Positions 1 through 21,869 of a DNA stretch of 64,000 nucleotides are shown here, in pieces. Numbering within the stretch: the first letter of the stretch is position 1; each line of letters begins with the position of its first letter. Both the position numbers and the translations under genes were made by a program. Source of the DNA: the human T2T-CHM13v2.0 reference genome, Homo sapiens; the NCBI RefSeq assembly GCF_009914755.1, contig NC_060941.1; one strand, given 5' to 3'. The notes beneath the pieces were generated by a model, which saw only the letters and a list, made by a program, of their open reading frames with translations, did not search any database and was not told the origin of the DNA.

Positions 1-365
<365 letters not shown>

Positions 366-499
366 GAGAGAGAGTTAGTGGCCCAGGGTCAACGGGGGGT
401 ATGGAGAGATGGTATGGGGGAAGGGGTCTAGCCTAGTTGGACTTAGATTGTTGGGAGAGTCTCCCCAAGCCTTACTGGCGTCCATGCCCCCGCCCACAG

Positions 500-724
500 A
501 TCTTCCGCTGCCTGCCATCCAATGCCACGCGTTCCCTGCGGACTCTCCGGGAGTACGTGGCCGTGGAGCCCTTGGCCACGGTCAGTCCCCCCTTGGCTCG
601 GTCTGAGCTCACCCAGGTCCAGGGCCACCTGGTCCACTTCCCCCTCAAGTTCCTAGAGGATGAGTCTTTGCTGCCCCCGCTGGGTAGCAAGGAGGGCATG
701 ATCCCCCTAGAAGTGTGGACATAG
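500..724 (+). CDS. PLD2: Phospholipase D2, last coding exon (74 aa + stop)
   Basis: Acceptor cccacag|ATC at 499/500. Translation [77 protein letters not shown] matches the human PLD2 C-terminus. Confidence 0.96.
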
Positions 725-1300
725 TTGAGGCCCCCGTCAGGGAGAGGTCACCAGCTGCTGTGCCCCACCACGTCTGGCTCCCTGCCCCTTAACCCCAAGG
801 ACTGAGGGCAGTGCCCTTTGAGATCTGGGGAGGCAGGCATTCCTGAAGGGAACTAGAGGTGTTACAGAGGACCCTTACGTGAGAAATAGCTGAAAAGGGC
901 ACTCCCAACCCTGGGCTGGGGAGGAGGAGAGAGTCCCAGAGCTCATCCCCCCTGCTGCCCAGTGCAAACCACTTCTCCATGCTGCAAAGGAGAAGCACAG
1001 CTCCTGCCAGGGTGAGCAGGGTCAAGCCTCTTATTCCAGGAGAAGGGGGCTCTGCCCCAGGCCCTACTACCCATTGTTCCCTTCCTCTTCCTGCCCTTGA
1101 ACCCCCTCCCTGTCCCAGGGCCCTCCCAGCCCATTGCTGCCAAGGTGGAGGGAAGGATAAAGCCACTTCTGGCTTCAGCCCCCACCAGGGGAAGGAAGGA
1201 GGGCACATTAACTCCCTCCACCAGCCTGCTGACAGACACTAACTTTGTATCCGTTCAATAAGCATTTCATAAATAAAGGTGTAGAAAAGGTTCATGCGTC
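725..1300 (+). other. PLD2: PLD2 3' UTR (3' end approximate)
   Basis: Non-repetitive sequence between the PLD2 stop codon and the AATAAA at 1272. Confidence 0.8.
1272..1277 (+). terminator. PLD2: PLD2 polyadenylation signal AATAAA
   Basis: cataAATAAAggtgtag about 550 nt after the stop; TGTA upstream (~1246) and U/G-rich sequence downstream. Confidence 0.85.
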
Positions 1301-1920
1301 TTCCTTGGAGGAACTAACTGCTCGTTCCAGCCTCCTCCCGTTCCTGCCCACACGGGGCACCAGTCCCCTTCACCTTATCTCCACCCTCCTCCACTCTCCT
1401 CTCTCCACCTCTGTTCTACCTATCTGTGGCTTCGGGAGCTCGGTCACCTGGCTCCTGAGAGGAGAAGGTGTTGACACAGTGCCGCCTGGGTAGAAGGACG
1501 GGCAGGGCCCAACCAGGGCACCTGGAGAACTGTGGAGCTGCTATCACAACCGCAGGTGAGGGAGATGCTCTGAGAAGGACCTAGAGAGGCTGCCTCTTGT
1601 TCAAGCAACAGCCCTGGTAGAGGCTTAATGAAGGCCCTGTGGGAGTGGTTGAGGGTATAGGCTTAAGGTCAGGAAGACCTGGACCCAAATCCTGGACTCC
1701 TCAATGAGAAGCTAGGTGAACTTGTCAAGTCATTCACTTCTCTGGGCCTCAGTGGTCCCCGCTGGGAAATGGGAATAATACTTACATGACTAGCTTGCTG
1801 TCAAGACTCAGCCATTGACTTAAATATTTATTGATTCCCTGCTATTTGCCAGCTCTGTTCTAGACTCACAGAAGTGAGTGCAACAAAGTCCTCACCCGTA
1901 TGGCACTTCTGTTCTGGAGA

Positions 1921-5159
<3,239 letters not shown>

Positions 5160-5228
5160 TCACGCCCCAGTCTCAGAACTGACCGCAGATGCAGGAGGAA
5201 ACTGAGGGGGGTGAAGTATGGAGATTAG

Positions 5229-5879
<651 letters not shown>

Positions 5880-6142
5880 TAGTCCTGGAGTTTTTTAAAT
5901 GGAGACCAACCATAGTGAGGGGGGGTGGGCGGTGGAAGCAGAGGGCTTAGAATCAGAAGAGTTGGCTCTAAACCCAGAATGGAAAAAGGAGCCTCTATGA
6001 CTGAGGCATTAGTAAATTTATTGAGGACCTAGTATATGCTAAGTGCTTTACATAAATTATTTTATCCTAACCTCCCTATTATTATCATCTCCATTTTACA
6101 GATGACAGAGTTGAGCCTCAGAGAGGTTAGTGATTTGCCTAA

Positions 6143-6557
<415 letters not shown>

Positions 6558-6974
6558 TAGTGATTTTCTTTCTTTTGTTTTTTTTTTAAGCGTTATTGAT
6601 TTTCTAGTGGGTGCCAGGCCATGTGCTGAACAAGACTAATATTATTCCTGCTTTTAAGGAGATTCAAAAGACATTTACAATTCAAATCATTAAATGTTAC
6701 CATGGACTAAAGCCAGGCAGCTAAAACAGAAGAACCAAACTTAGTCTTGGTGAGTCAAGGAACGCTTCATGGAGGAGGTGATTTAGACACGTAGGACAAA
6801 GCAAAGCACGGTAAGAATGGGCATGGTCAAGAGGCTAGGGAATATTCCAAAGAGAAAACAGAGTACATGCAAAGGTTGGGGGAGAGAAAGTTGAGTTCTG
6901 GGAAGTGAGTAGAGTATTTCAGTATGGCTGGAAAATGTGAGGTCTAATAGTTGAGTATTGAAAAGTAAGGCAGG

Positions 6975-9669
<2,695 letters not shown>

Positions 9670-11058
9670 TCAGGCCGGAAGGCCAAATAGGAGATGAATG
9701 GGGATAGCGGCTTGAATAAGGGCAGTGGCAAGGAAAATGGGCTAGGGGTTAGGGAAGGGGGCCGACTGGCTGTGCACCCAAATGCTAAAAACGGTCCAGA
9801 AAGGAATGTGTTCAGCTATTTTTCAAGGACTTCTAAATTAAACTCTCTTAAATGATGTTTATATTAAGGCTGGTGGTGGAGTCTTTCAGAGGCAGTGTTG
9901 GTGCTAGAAGAGCTCTTGAGGATCATACAGCCTCCCCCCTCAATTTCACAGTGAAAGAAAACCTCAGAGAAGCAAAGCAACTTGCTCAAGGTCACACAGC
10001 ATTTCAGTGGTAGAACATGACTCGTGGTTCTTAGATAGCATTACCCAGCCTCCACTGAGGCTAATGGCTGTAGGCGCTATGCCAACATGACTAGATCTAA
10101 GGTGACCCAAGCTATATTTTAAGGGACTGAACGCAGATTCCCTCTCTTCCCCTTCGCCACCCCTTCCTCCACGCGCGACTCCAGTGATCAATGAATAATT
10201 GTGGAAACAGTTCCTTTGTGCAGAACACTTTGTTAAAAGAGGTGCAGAGATACACGTCTGCGGTAGGATTCCTTATCCTGAGATCTGAGAGCACCTCGAT
10301 GCTTCCCCAACCTGCTAGGTGAGGGTGGAAAGGGCATTCCTGAGGCAGCCGGTGCCCCTCCTCTGCCCCCCAACTCCCACGTGGTTTCTCCAGCCAAGTT
10401 CTCACGGAGTGGCCCCTCCCTCAGCGGCTCCACTGTTGCCATAGCAATTGGGTGGGTGGACAGCCCGTCCTATCTAGAGGCCACCCAGCCCTCGCGTGGG
10501 GAGTTACCATAACAACCCCCTAGTAATAGAGGGGGTTGGGTACCGCCCCCTTCCCCCGCAAATGGAAAGGTGGGTGGCTTGATTGGCAGCTGGGCACACG
10601 AAAGAAGGAGGGAAAGGGAAGGAAAGGCGTCAAAGGAGATCTGAGAAGGAAATAAGGGAGAGAAAGGGCAAAAAAAATAGGGAAAGAAAAGGAAACGCGT
10701 GTGCGCACGCGCACCAGCTGGTGGGCGCGCTCCGCGGCCGCCTCGGCCGCCGCCCACTTCTTTCACGCCAGGCTCGCGCGGTCGCTCCGTCCTCGCGCGC
10801 GCCTTTCGCCTGCTCGCCTGCGCCTGCGCGCAGGTGTCGGCGCCTAGGGGGAGGGGGCCCCGGCGCGCTCGCGTCACGCTCGCGCTTCCACCCTCCCAGT
10901 GCGCGGTCGCTCCGCGCCTGCGCAGGAGAGGTGGTAGGCTCGGGTGGCTGGCTCCGGGGAGATAGCGCCTGTCAGTCGGTGGGTCGGTCCTCGCGCCGGC
11001 CCTCCCCCTCCCCGGTCTCCGGGGGAGGCGCGGTGGAGTCCGCCCCCGGGGTTCTCCG

Positions 11059-11109
11059 ATGGGGGAGAAGCGGCGACGGCGGCAGTGGAGTAACCGAGCC
11101 GGAGCGTGA
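11059..11109 (+). other. Candidate uORF in the MINK1 5' leader, MGEKRRRRQWSNRAGA*
   Basis: ATG at 11059 (ccgATGg), TGA at 11107-11109, 32 nt before the main ATG. Requires a TSS upstream of 11059. Confidence 0.55.
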
Positions 11110-11141
11110 GCGGCCCCGGTGCCCCGTTCCCCACGGAGGCC

Positions 11142-11198
11142 ATGGGCGACCCAGCCCCCGCCCGCAGCCTGGACGACATCGACCTGTCCGCCCTGCGG
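11142..11198 (+). CDS. MINK1: MINK1 (misshapen-like kinase 1 / MAP4K6) coding exon 1, MGDPAPARSLDDIDLSALR
   Basis: Strong Kozak gccATGG; matches the MINK1 N-terminus; donor CGG|gtgagc at 11198/11199, phase 0. Confidence 0.97.
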
Positions 11199-12903
11199 GT
11201 GAGCGCGCCGTCCCCCAGCCTCGCCCTGGTTCCTGTCCCCGCCGCAGGGGAGGGAGCGGGGTGGCTGCACGCCTCACGTGCTCCCGGGCGCCCCCTCCAC
11301 CAGCTTGGGTCCCCTTGGCGACCCGTGCCCCTTTCCCGGACTCCCGCCGCGGCTGGGCCCCCGCCCTCTGCTCCCTTCTCTCTCCACTGGCTGCAGATGC
11401 TGGGAGCCAGTTCGGTCCCCACCCTGTGGTGCCCCGCCCCCACACTTCCGTGCCACCCTACCTTTACTCTGGGGTTCGGGACCCACTGGTTCGCCTAAAC
11501 TTAGCCTCCCCCATCACCTGGAGAACCTTTATTGTGGTTCCTTACCTCCTTTCGGCCCTTTTCCACCTTTGCCCTTACTTCTATCTTCTTCCTTCCCCTC
11601 CTCTTCCTCAGCTCCTGGAATTTTGACTTTGCAACTGTCTCGACAGCCTCTCTCTCATCCCTCTTTCTCTGCCTCGCCCACCCTTGAATTGCATCCTTTC
11701 CCTGGTCGGAATTTCAGCTACCCCACCCCTCGTGCCGTCACCCTCAATCCCATGTTCAGTTTTCCCTATCCCTTCTCTCCTGTTTCAAGTGCAGCAGTTC
11801 AGAACCAGGCATTTCCGGTCTCAGGGTCCCTGAATATTACATGACCAACTCTGCAGCAGCGTGGGGCTGGGAGCCCTCGGGGAGGAGGGGAGGCATTTCT
11901 TCTTTGGAAACTGTAGCACGGGCTGGGAAGAGGATGTTTACACACACACACACGCGCACACACGACACATGCTACATGTGGTCAGGCTGAAGGTTTGGAA
12001 AGGCAGTGGGTGTTTATGTTAGCTAAAGGCTGGAAGCAATGGAGACCTCTCAAGGTAGGGGCTAATAAGGAAAGGGGTTGAGAGGAAGCAAATGCTGCAG
12101 GAATTTCTTGGAAATACCCGTTCATTGTCCCTTGTGGGGCACTTACACACTCTGGTGGAAGAGCTTTCTGTAGCATTTTATGTTTTTCTTCGGCAGGGAG
12201 CTTTGGCTTAAGGGGCAACTTAGTGATTTCAAGGTGAACACTCCAGACTATCAGCCAGGTGGTGTTTTGATCCTGTGCCCTTCCAGCGCTCTCACCAGGC
12301 CAAGGTGTGGGGAGAGCAGGACTTCCCATCTCTAGGTTCGCTTCTCTGGAGGCCCCTGCTCAGACTGTCTTCTGGCTTTTGAGTCAGCCAGGGAACATGG
12401 CCAGTAGTGGGAAAAGGCGGTCAGCCACACAGGTGCCCCGGATATGGCTGGAGGGGAGAGGGGAATTGAAGAGAGCAGAGTCATGTTGTTAATTGGGTTT
12501 CTCTAGGTGACACAGTTTTTTTTCTTCCCATTTTCAGGTCATAATTTGTTTGGTGCAATGTTGGGCTATGAGACCTGACTTGCTGGAGATAACGTGATAA
12601 ATTTCTGGGGAGAGGGACTGAACGCTGAATTTCTCTGTGTGCGCAGGCACATGTGTGTGTGTTGATGAGGAGAGGGTCTGAAGGCTTTAGGAGGGAGATT
12701 CTTAAGGTCAGCTTGGCCAGGGTTTAAACTGGGATGCCCAAGTCGGGATATAAGATGGAAATCCAGATTCTGAGTAAAAGTCCCTTAATGTGCTCCATTC
12801 TGGGATGAACTTCCACCTTTCCTTCCTACCTTGGTTATTGATTAACTGGCTACAGGTTCCTGTGGCTGGGGTGACTAAAATACAATAAAAAATGGGTGGG
12901 TCA

Positions 12904-13303
<400 letters not shown>

Positions 13304-14445
13304 TCAACCTGGGATTTCCAGCAATTCCACAAATACCCTCTGACCTTAGATGTGGTATTTCCCTTCTGGACTTCTCGGCTTGAAGCAATGTTAGCCTTCC
13401 TCAGTTGCCTCCAGCCTTACTCGCCTCTCCCCTCAGGAGACCGGGTGACCTGCTCCCAGTGCTTCTGTCTGGCCTGCCTTAAGCTGCTTAAGAAAGCATT
13501 CTGCTTCCCCCTTTCCACCCTAAAATGCAAGGGCTTGAGGGAGGGCTGTACCTCCTTTGACATGGGGCTAGCCAGGGCCTACCTTCTCCCTGCTGCAGAC
13601 CTTTTCTCAGTGCCTGTCCCCCTGACTCCACCTCAGAGAGCTGTGGCACTGTCAAGCAGCTAGTGTGGTCATCTCTTGTGCTATTCCTGTCTGTTTTCCA
13701 GTGAGAAATGGTGTCTCCCTTTACTACACCATCTTGTGTTGGGGGCTGGGGAGAGGGATGGGAGAGGAACATATTCAGTATTTATTTGCTGGCCTTAAGG
13801 AGCCCAAGGTGTATTTCTCCTCTTGTTTCAAGATAAGGCTTGGTTTTCAGCTGGTGATGAGGGTAATCGTCTGATATTAGGGAAGATTGAATTGCGTTAA
13901 TCTCTTAGCCATGTGTGGGGAGGCCAGATGGACCTGCTACTTTGTAGCCACAGCCACACTTGACCTCTTTGAGGTTCCTTTTCTCCACCAGCCTGGCTGC
14001 AGCGTGGTGAGGAAAAGCATGTGGTTTGAAGTTGCAGCCCTGAGTTCAAGTCCTAGTTTCTTCCCTTACAATGTAACCCTGGCCCTGCTCCCCTTACTGC
14101 AGATTCTGCCAAGAGCCTTACCCTCTCTAAGCTTCATTCAGTCCTGTATCGTGGGCATGGTAATAGTACTGAATGCAGAGTTGCTGAGGATTAAATGCAC
14201 GTTAAGTACATAGTACAGTTCCCAGCACACAGTGATCATATATGTGATAGCCCTTTTTGCAGTTATTTTTATCAAATGGCAATCAGAGAAGCCTTCCAGG
14301 ACAACTTTATCTAAAATAGCACTCCCTCCTCTGCTTTATTTTTATACAAAATTTTATATAGCATTCCCTTAGTCTGCTTTATCCTTCCTCATAGTATTTA
14401 TCACCAGCTGACATATATATTCCTGTCAGCCCCACTAAAATGTCA

Positions 14446-14880
<435 letters not shown>

Positions 14881-16448
14881 TTACAACACGTGCCACTTAC
14901 AACACAGTGCAGTGCTTGCTTAGAGAAAGTATTCAATAAACCCCAGGCTTCTTAGGCTTCATTTTGCCCCTCTTTTATTTATGCACAATTAAGAATATAT
15001 TTTTTCTGGGATGTTTTTAGAATCAGACCTTGTCTGGGGTAAACAGTTCTGGAAGCCTCCAGCTGAGCGATGCCCTTGAAGTAAAGTTAGGATCATCCAA
15101 GAGAAAATGTGGGCCTCTGTGTCTAAGCTTGGTTATATTCCAGGAGAACCTTCTGACTTGGAACTCTTGGCTTCTCACAAAGGATAAATATCAGTGGAAG
15201 TGGATGGGACAAGGAGGGGGCAGGCCCCGGCCTGACCTCTTTCCTTTTGCATTGCTCCTTTTGGTTGACCCACTTCGTAAATCAAACAGCTTCTTTTTAC
15301 CATCCAGCTCGAAGTTTGACTGCAGTGTCCTTGAAACTGTGGAGCTATGCTTAGCGTCGCTGGATTGAAATCATAGCATGGAGCACATTCAAGGAGGACT
15401 TGTTGCTCGGTGGTAGCTGCTGACAGAGATGTTCTTTTTCAAATGATTTTGTGTTGTTGTGTCTGTTCTTTGGATAAGTGTCTTCGCCTTCCTCCTCTCT
15501 TCATGCGGCTGTGGAGCCAGCACCACTCGGAAAGCTGGCAGTTCTGGGCATGTATTTCTAGGCTGCTGAGCAACGTGGGACTGCCTCTGTGTTCTGATGT
15601 GCTAGCTGTCCAAATGTTGATGACAGATGCCTTAGGCAGGAGAATGGGAAGAGTGACCTCCTGCTGCAGAAGTAAGGACATTCAATAGTGACTTTTTTCC
15701 CCTGGAAAATTGCAAAAGGGGAATGGGGCTGTTTGGAGAGCTCGAGGCATTTAGATGAAGTGAAATGCTGCCTTGGCAAAATGACGGAAGGAAGATTACT
15801 GAGAACTTGGCTGAAACTAGGTGATCAGTCATTCCCCAAACAGAGGGAGAGACATCCCCACCCTTTATGCTATGGGATAGGACAGTTTGCCATAGTCCTT
15901 AGGGATATACACAGCGGGGAGGTTTTGACAGTTAAGATAACAGTAAGGTCAGCAAGAGAGCCAGCTGGCCCACCCCCTCGCTCTTGCCCCAGGAGCTCAA
16001 TTAAAACTCTGCTGGGTAGAATCCTGACTTCACATCTGGCCTCCATTCCTTTCCGCATTGAACTGTGTGCCTAAGACAGGGTAGCACACACAACTTGCAC
16101 ATGTAAACCATCTTTGTTTGTCATTTAGGGGACATGATGGCAGGAAGTGTGCAGCCGCTCTTGATAAGCTTGTATTCTGGTGTAGGTCTGTAGATAAGGC
16201 ATGCAGTAACCTCTCAACCCAGAAACATAAAGCAATTCTGGACTGGAGAACATCTCCAGAAGCCGGTGAGAGTCTGCCTGTCTAATATTTCTGTCTCCAG
16301 ACAAAGTTGAATCAGAGAAAGTTATCAATAATCCCCTGTCCTCCACCAGTCAGTCGCCAAGCATTGGCAGTCTATGTATTGAGAATCAGGTTCCAGATTC
16401 TATGGAAAGGATGTAATATAGTACTCAGTCCTCTACTAAGCTATTTAA

Positions 16449-16799
<351 letters not shown>

Positions 16800-17497
16800 C
16801 TAGACTCTTTTTCTTAACTGTTACTGTTTTCCTCAATATCCTGCAACCTTCAAGGTTGGGACATTTTTGTTAAACCTGATTTCCATGAATTACACTCATT
16901 TTCTGTGGTCAGTGGGCAGTCATCTTGAAACCTGGTCTTCAGCCCCACTCCCTTCGACACCTACTTTTTACTACTATCTGTCTCAGTCTTCTCTTTCCTG
17001 GATTGAAGACAGAACAAAAGTGATCAGGTTAATAAGTCAACTCTCAAAGCATTTCTTGAATTCACACAGAGTATAGTAAGATACAAAAACGTGACTTGGT
17101 AGAAGACTTGGATCCTGTCCACAGCTCACGGCCATTTGCTCTCTCCAGTTCTTTTGCCATTCTCCTCCGAACCAACCAGTCCTTGACTTGAGACTGGGCT
17201 TCTCTTGTCTATAGGAAGCTCTTCTAGGGGGTAATGGAAAAAGGGTTTTGAGGCTCTTTGTTCTTACTAAGGGCGGGAATAGTAAAGGGAGGAGAGAAAA
17301 GAGGGATGGAATTGTAGTGACCCAAGAGAGCCCCTGGAGATTTTGTCCAGTGGCTAGACAGCCTGAGGTTGTACGTGCTACGTGTGGGTAGGATTTTGTG
17401 TTCTGTTTGAGGAAAGATCTAGAACTAGGCACAGAGGACACAGTGGTGATACAGTCTAGTAGTAGGGAGAGACATTAATCAAGTAATTATTTATTAA

Positions 17498-17519
17498 TGT
17501 GTGTGTGTGTGTGTGTGTG
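17498..17519 (+). repeat. (TG)n microsatellite
   Basis: ~11 TG units. Confidence 0.9.
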
Positions 17520-17590
17520 ATTGCAAGCCATGATAAGGACTGTAGTGAAAACTTTAACATGCCGTGGGCACATATAACAAGAGTTGTTTT

Positions 17591-17638
17591 GAGCATATGT
17601 TCTCAGGATCTCCTGAGGGCTGTGTCATGGAAAAAAAA
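17591..17638 (+). mobile_element. ~40-bp ERV1 (MER4-group) LTR fragment followed by A8
   Basis: gcatatgttctcaggatctcctgagggctgtgtcatgg resembles the recalled MER4-family LTR R-region end. Confidence 0.5.
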
Positions 17639-19477
17639 TTGCTTTTACGAGACAAAACTTTTATAAGACAAAAATATCTAGTTGATTGAGAGAGACGTAA
17701 ATCATGTCAGAAAGCTAAACTGGCATTGCTGCAGAAAGATGAGATAGAGTTGAACCACCAGGTAGAGTTTGGTGATGGTGAGAATTGGGAGACTCTGGAA
17801 TGGGGCCATTCTTATGGTGAAGCATTTGGTCAACAATTGAGGGCAAGAAGCCTGAGGATGGGGTGGAAACTCCAGGCTTAATTCCAAAAGGATTTCTTCT
17901 GAATCTTCCTGTGGGAGGGGAAAAAAAATGGTTTATTTGTTTGTCTCAAAAGTTAAGAGCATGTATATGGAAAGAGCTTATGACTCATATAATCCTCATT
18001 TTTACTTACTGGGGGAGGGACTCTGGGTCCTGGGTCTGTAGATTTAGATGTGGCTCCTCAGAATGGGGTATATGAGAGAGGAGGGTGTATCCCTAGATGT
18101 TATTAGCCTAAGGGGTGCCTGGAGTTTGGAAGGTAGGTGAGTCTCACGGAAATAAGAACAAGTAGGCCCAGCCCTCAGCTTAGCTGCATGGTCTGTGGGA
18201 AGTGGGATTCTTTCTAACATTGGATAGATAGTGTATATAAATAGACAAGACTCTCCATTTACATTGTATACAAGTAAAGGATGAGTGGGGTGTGGAGGGG
18301 GAGTGTTACTGATTTTGCGTGTTTGAAAGGAAACAGGGTTGGGGAAGCCACAAGTCTTGGGCTTCCTGGAGGAGCCAGGCTCTGGGACCAGCTTGAATGT
18401 CGGGAGGATGGCAGCGTAGAAGACGGTGAGGTGGGCTGTGAGGAGAGTTTGGTGGCACAGCCTGTGGGAGGAGCCTGGGTGGCTGGAGAGAGATGAATGG
18501 AGGAAATGGGGACGAGCTGCCTAAGAAACGTGGTGATAGTTGGTGAGGGAGGAGACAGGAAGACCTTTGACAGAGGAGATAGCTGAGACCTCAGGTTCAT
18601 CCACAGCAGGTAAATTCCAGGGCCACAGGGGACAGGCGACGTGGGGAGTGTCTGTGGTCACACCTGGGGGCCCCAGCACTTAGAGCCTGTGACTCAGTAT
18701 GTACACGTAGCACCAAATGCTTTTTGGTTCTGTCTTGGGCATCTCCGCACGGGCACTTCCGCCAGTGGTTTCTTCCATTGCCTTTGGGATGAGCAGGCCT
18801 CCTGAAAGCAGGCCTGATATTCTCTGGTCTTCTGACAAAGAATGGGAAATTTCTCACACCGTCTTGTTCCAGGAACCACCTGGGGATGGGATTTGAAGGG
18901 CTTGGGTTGCCGAATTGCTCCTAGAACCACAGGCTTAGAGGAGTTTTCTATGAACAGCGGTCCTGGCAGGGACAGACTGAGGATCGGTAGGGCTGAATGA
19001 AGACAATCCCACCTCCTTCAAGAGCCACCTCAACTTATGTTTTTTTCCCACAAAGCCCCCCCCCCGATTTTGCCAGCCTTTACTGATCACATCATCCACT
19101 TTCTCACAGACCTTACAATTTAGCATTGGCTTATATATTGCCTTATATTGAATAATGTTTTATGGTCTTGTTTTTCCTACCACTTCCTTATGTGTAGAGA
19201 CTGTGATCCATATTTCCTCTTGATCCCTGTAAAGATGCTGAGCACACAGTAGGGGTTCAGAAATTACTTGGTAAGAGACATGGATCTAAGTATGTCTGTG
19301 ACTGGACCTTTCCTACTAGATTCAATCCACAATTAGTACAGGGTGCCCAGTATATGCTGGGCACGGTGGGATACAAAGCAGTACAGGTGCTGACTCTGGT
19401 TCTCAGCCAGGGCACCGCTGGCCTCCAGGGGGTGTTCGGAAATGCTGAGGAGGGAGGATTAACTGTCTTGGGAGCAC

Positions 19478-19772
19478 CGGGCACGGTGGCTCACGCCTGT
19501 AATCCCAGCACTTTGGGAGGCCGAGGCGGGCGGATCACGAGGTCAGGAGATCGAGACCATCCTGGCTAACACGGTGAAACCCCGTCTCTACTAAAAATAC
19601 AAAAAAAAATTAGCCGGGCGCGGTGGTGGGCGCCTGTAGTCCCAGCTACTTGGGAGGCTGAGGCAGGAGAATGGCATGAACCCGGGAGGCGGAGCTTGTA
19701 GTGAGCCTAGACCGCGCCACTGCACTCCAGCCTGGGCGGCAGAGCGAGACTCTGTCCAAAAAAAAAAAAAAA
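19478..19772 (+). mobile_element. AluY with 17-bp TSD
   Basis: TSD aactg(t/c)cttgggagcac at 19461 and 19771; AluY diagnostics. Confidence 0.92.
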
Positions 19773-20599
19773 CTGCCTTGGGAGCACTAACGGCATTTAG
19801 CACATGGGGATTGGGGATGTTAACCATCTGGCAGAGTCTGGGACAGTGCATCGAAGAACTGTTTTTCCACCCGTATTGCCACTGGTACCTCTCATGAACT
19901 TGTTATGGACATGGGAGAGACCCGGGGAGGGACTGGACAGGTTTCTTCCATGAAGTAGGAAGTAGTTCCTAAGTCCCCTGTGTACTTCTTTCCAGGTAGA
20001 GAGAGGAATGTGGGCTCTAAATTACCCTTGTGCATGGCACATATCTAGCAGCTTTTGTCTGCTAGCATACCTCTGGAGGTAAAATAGGTAGGCTCCCAGC
20101 CAGACTGTAAGGAAGATTTTCATGTTCTCTTTTCACCACCCACCCACTCTTTCTTTCAAGGCACATTTTTAAGAAAGTGGCTGAAGCTTGCAATACTTAG
20201 TCTTTAGTTCTAAGTGACTCAGGAAACAGTCTTCAAGAAAACAGTTGGACAGAGTGCCCCAAAGCCTAAGCAGCGTGAGGCAAAGATAGGCAGGTGCATG
20301 TGGCGTCTTAGAGAGGGGCCAGCACATCGTCTCTTCTCTGGGGTCTTTTCATCCTACACTTGTCTTTTTGAAGACAGAGGTGTGGTGAATGAATGTCATT
20401 ACTTACATCTGGGGGAGTGACCAGAGACAGTAGAAGACACCTTGCCCTAGTGTATCCTTTCAGGGTGGACCAGTGGCTGGGAAGCAGCACAGCTGAGCGG
20501 GATGAGCTGGAGCTGTGCAGAGCTGCCTTCCACGGCTCGCTGTTTCCCAGTCCCAGTCAAGAGAGCAGAACTTGGTAGGCTCCTGGCCTTGGGTAGCTA

Positions 20600-21047
<448 letters not shown>

Positions 21048-21529
21048 GGAAGTTGGTTGGTTCTAGTAAGTCCTTTTTCTGTCTGTCTTCTGTTTGGAAC
21101 AAAGATTGCTGTGATAAAGTCATTTATATTATGATGCAGATTCATTTCAGAAGGGGGTGTTTGGGGTTGGAATAAGAACCGTAATGAACACTTACTGTGC
21201 AGTAGGTTCTTTCCTTCTGTAATCTCATTGTCCCTCACAAGAACCCTTTGAGGTGGACAATACTATCCTCATTTGCAAGATGAAGAAACCAAAGCTTACA
21301 GAAATTAACTTGGAAGTTAAGTAACTTGCCTGAGGTTGGACAGCCAGTAAGCAGCAGAGCCCACATTCAGACTCAAGTCTGACTCCAAAACCTGGGCTGC
21401 CATGCTGTTGGAGGGAGACCTGCTCCCACGTGGCGGTGGGTATTTGGGGGTGGGCACTGAGGGGAGGACAGGAGGGCAGTGTGTAGCTGGCACTCTAGAC
21501 TACATGCAACTGGTATTGTTTTCTGCCTG

Positions 21530-21869
<340 letters not shown>

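Larger units (their letters stand above)
10400..11450 (+). promoter_or_regulatory. MINK1: MINK1 CpG-island promoter and first exon region
   Basis: Dense CpG from ~10690 to 11450. NRF1-type GCGCCTGCGC at 10820-10829 and 10914-10923, reverse CCAAT (ATTGG) at 10582-10586, GC boxes, RFX-like X-boxes at 10435 and 10503; no obvious TATA box. Confidence 0.9.

Noticed and set aside
437-499. N-terminal part of the 95-aa ORF upstream of the PLD2 exon, and similar intronic extensions of the MINK1 exon 5-7 ORFs
   Set aside because: Intronic read-through in the ORF track; canonical AG/GT sites delimit the true exons.
10470-11844. Long ORFs of 157-347 aa across the CpG island
   Set aside because: GC-rich sequence is poor in stop codons, the products are low-complexity Arg/Pro/Gly, and only 11142-11198 matches a known protein.
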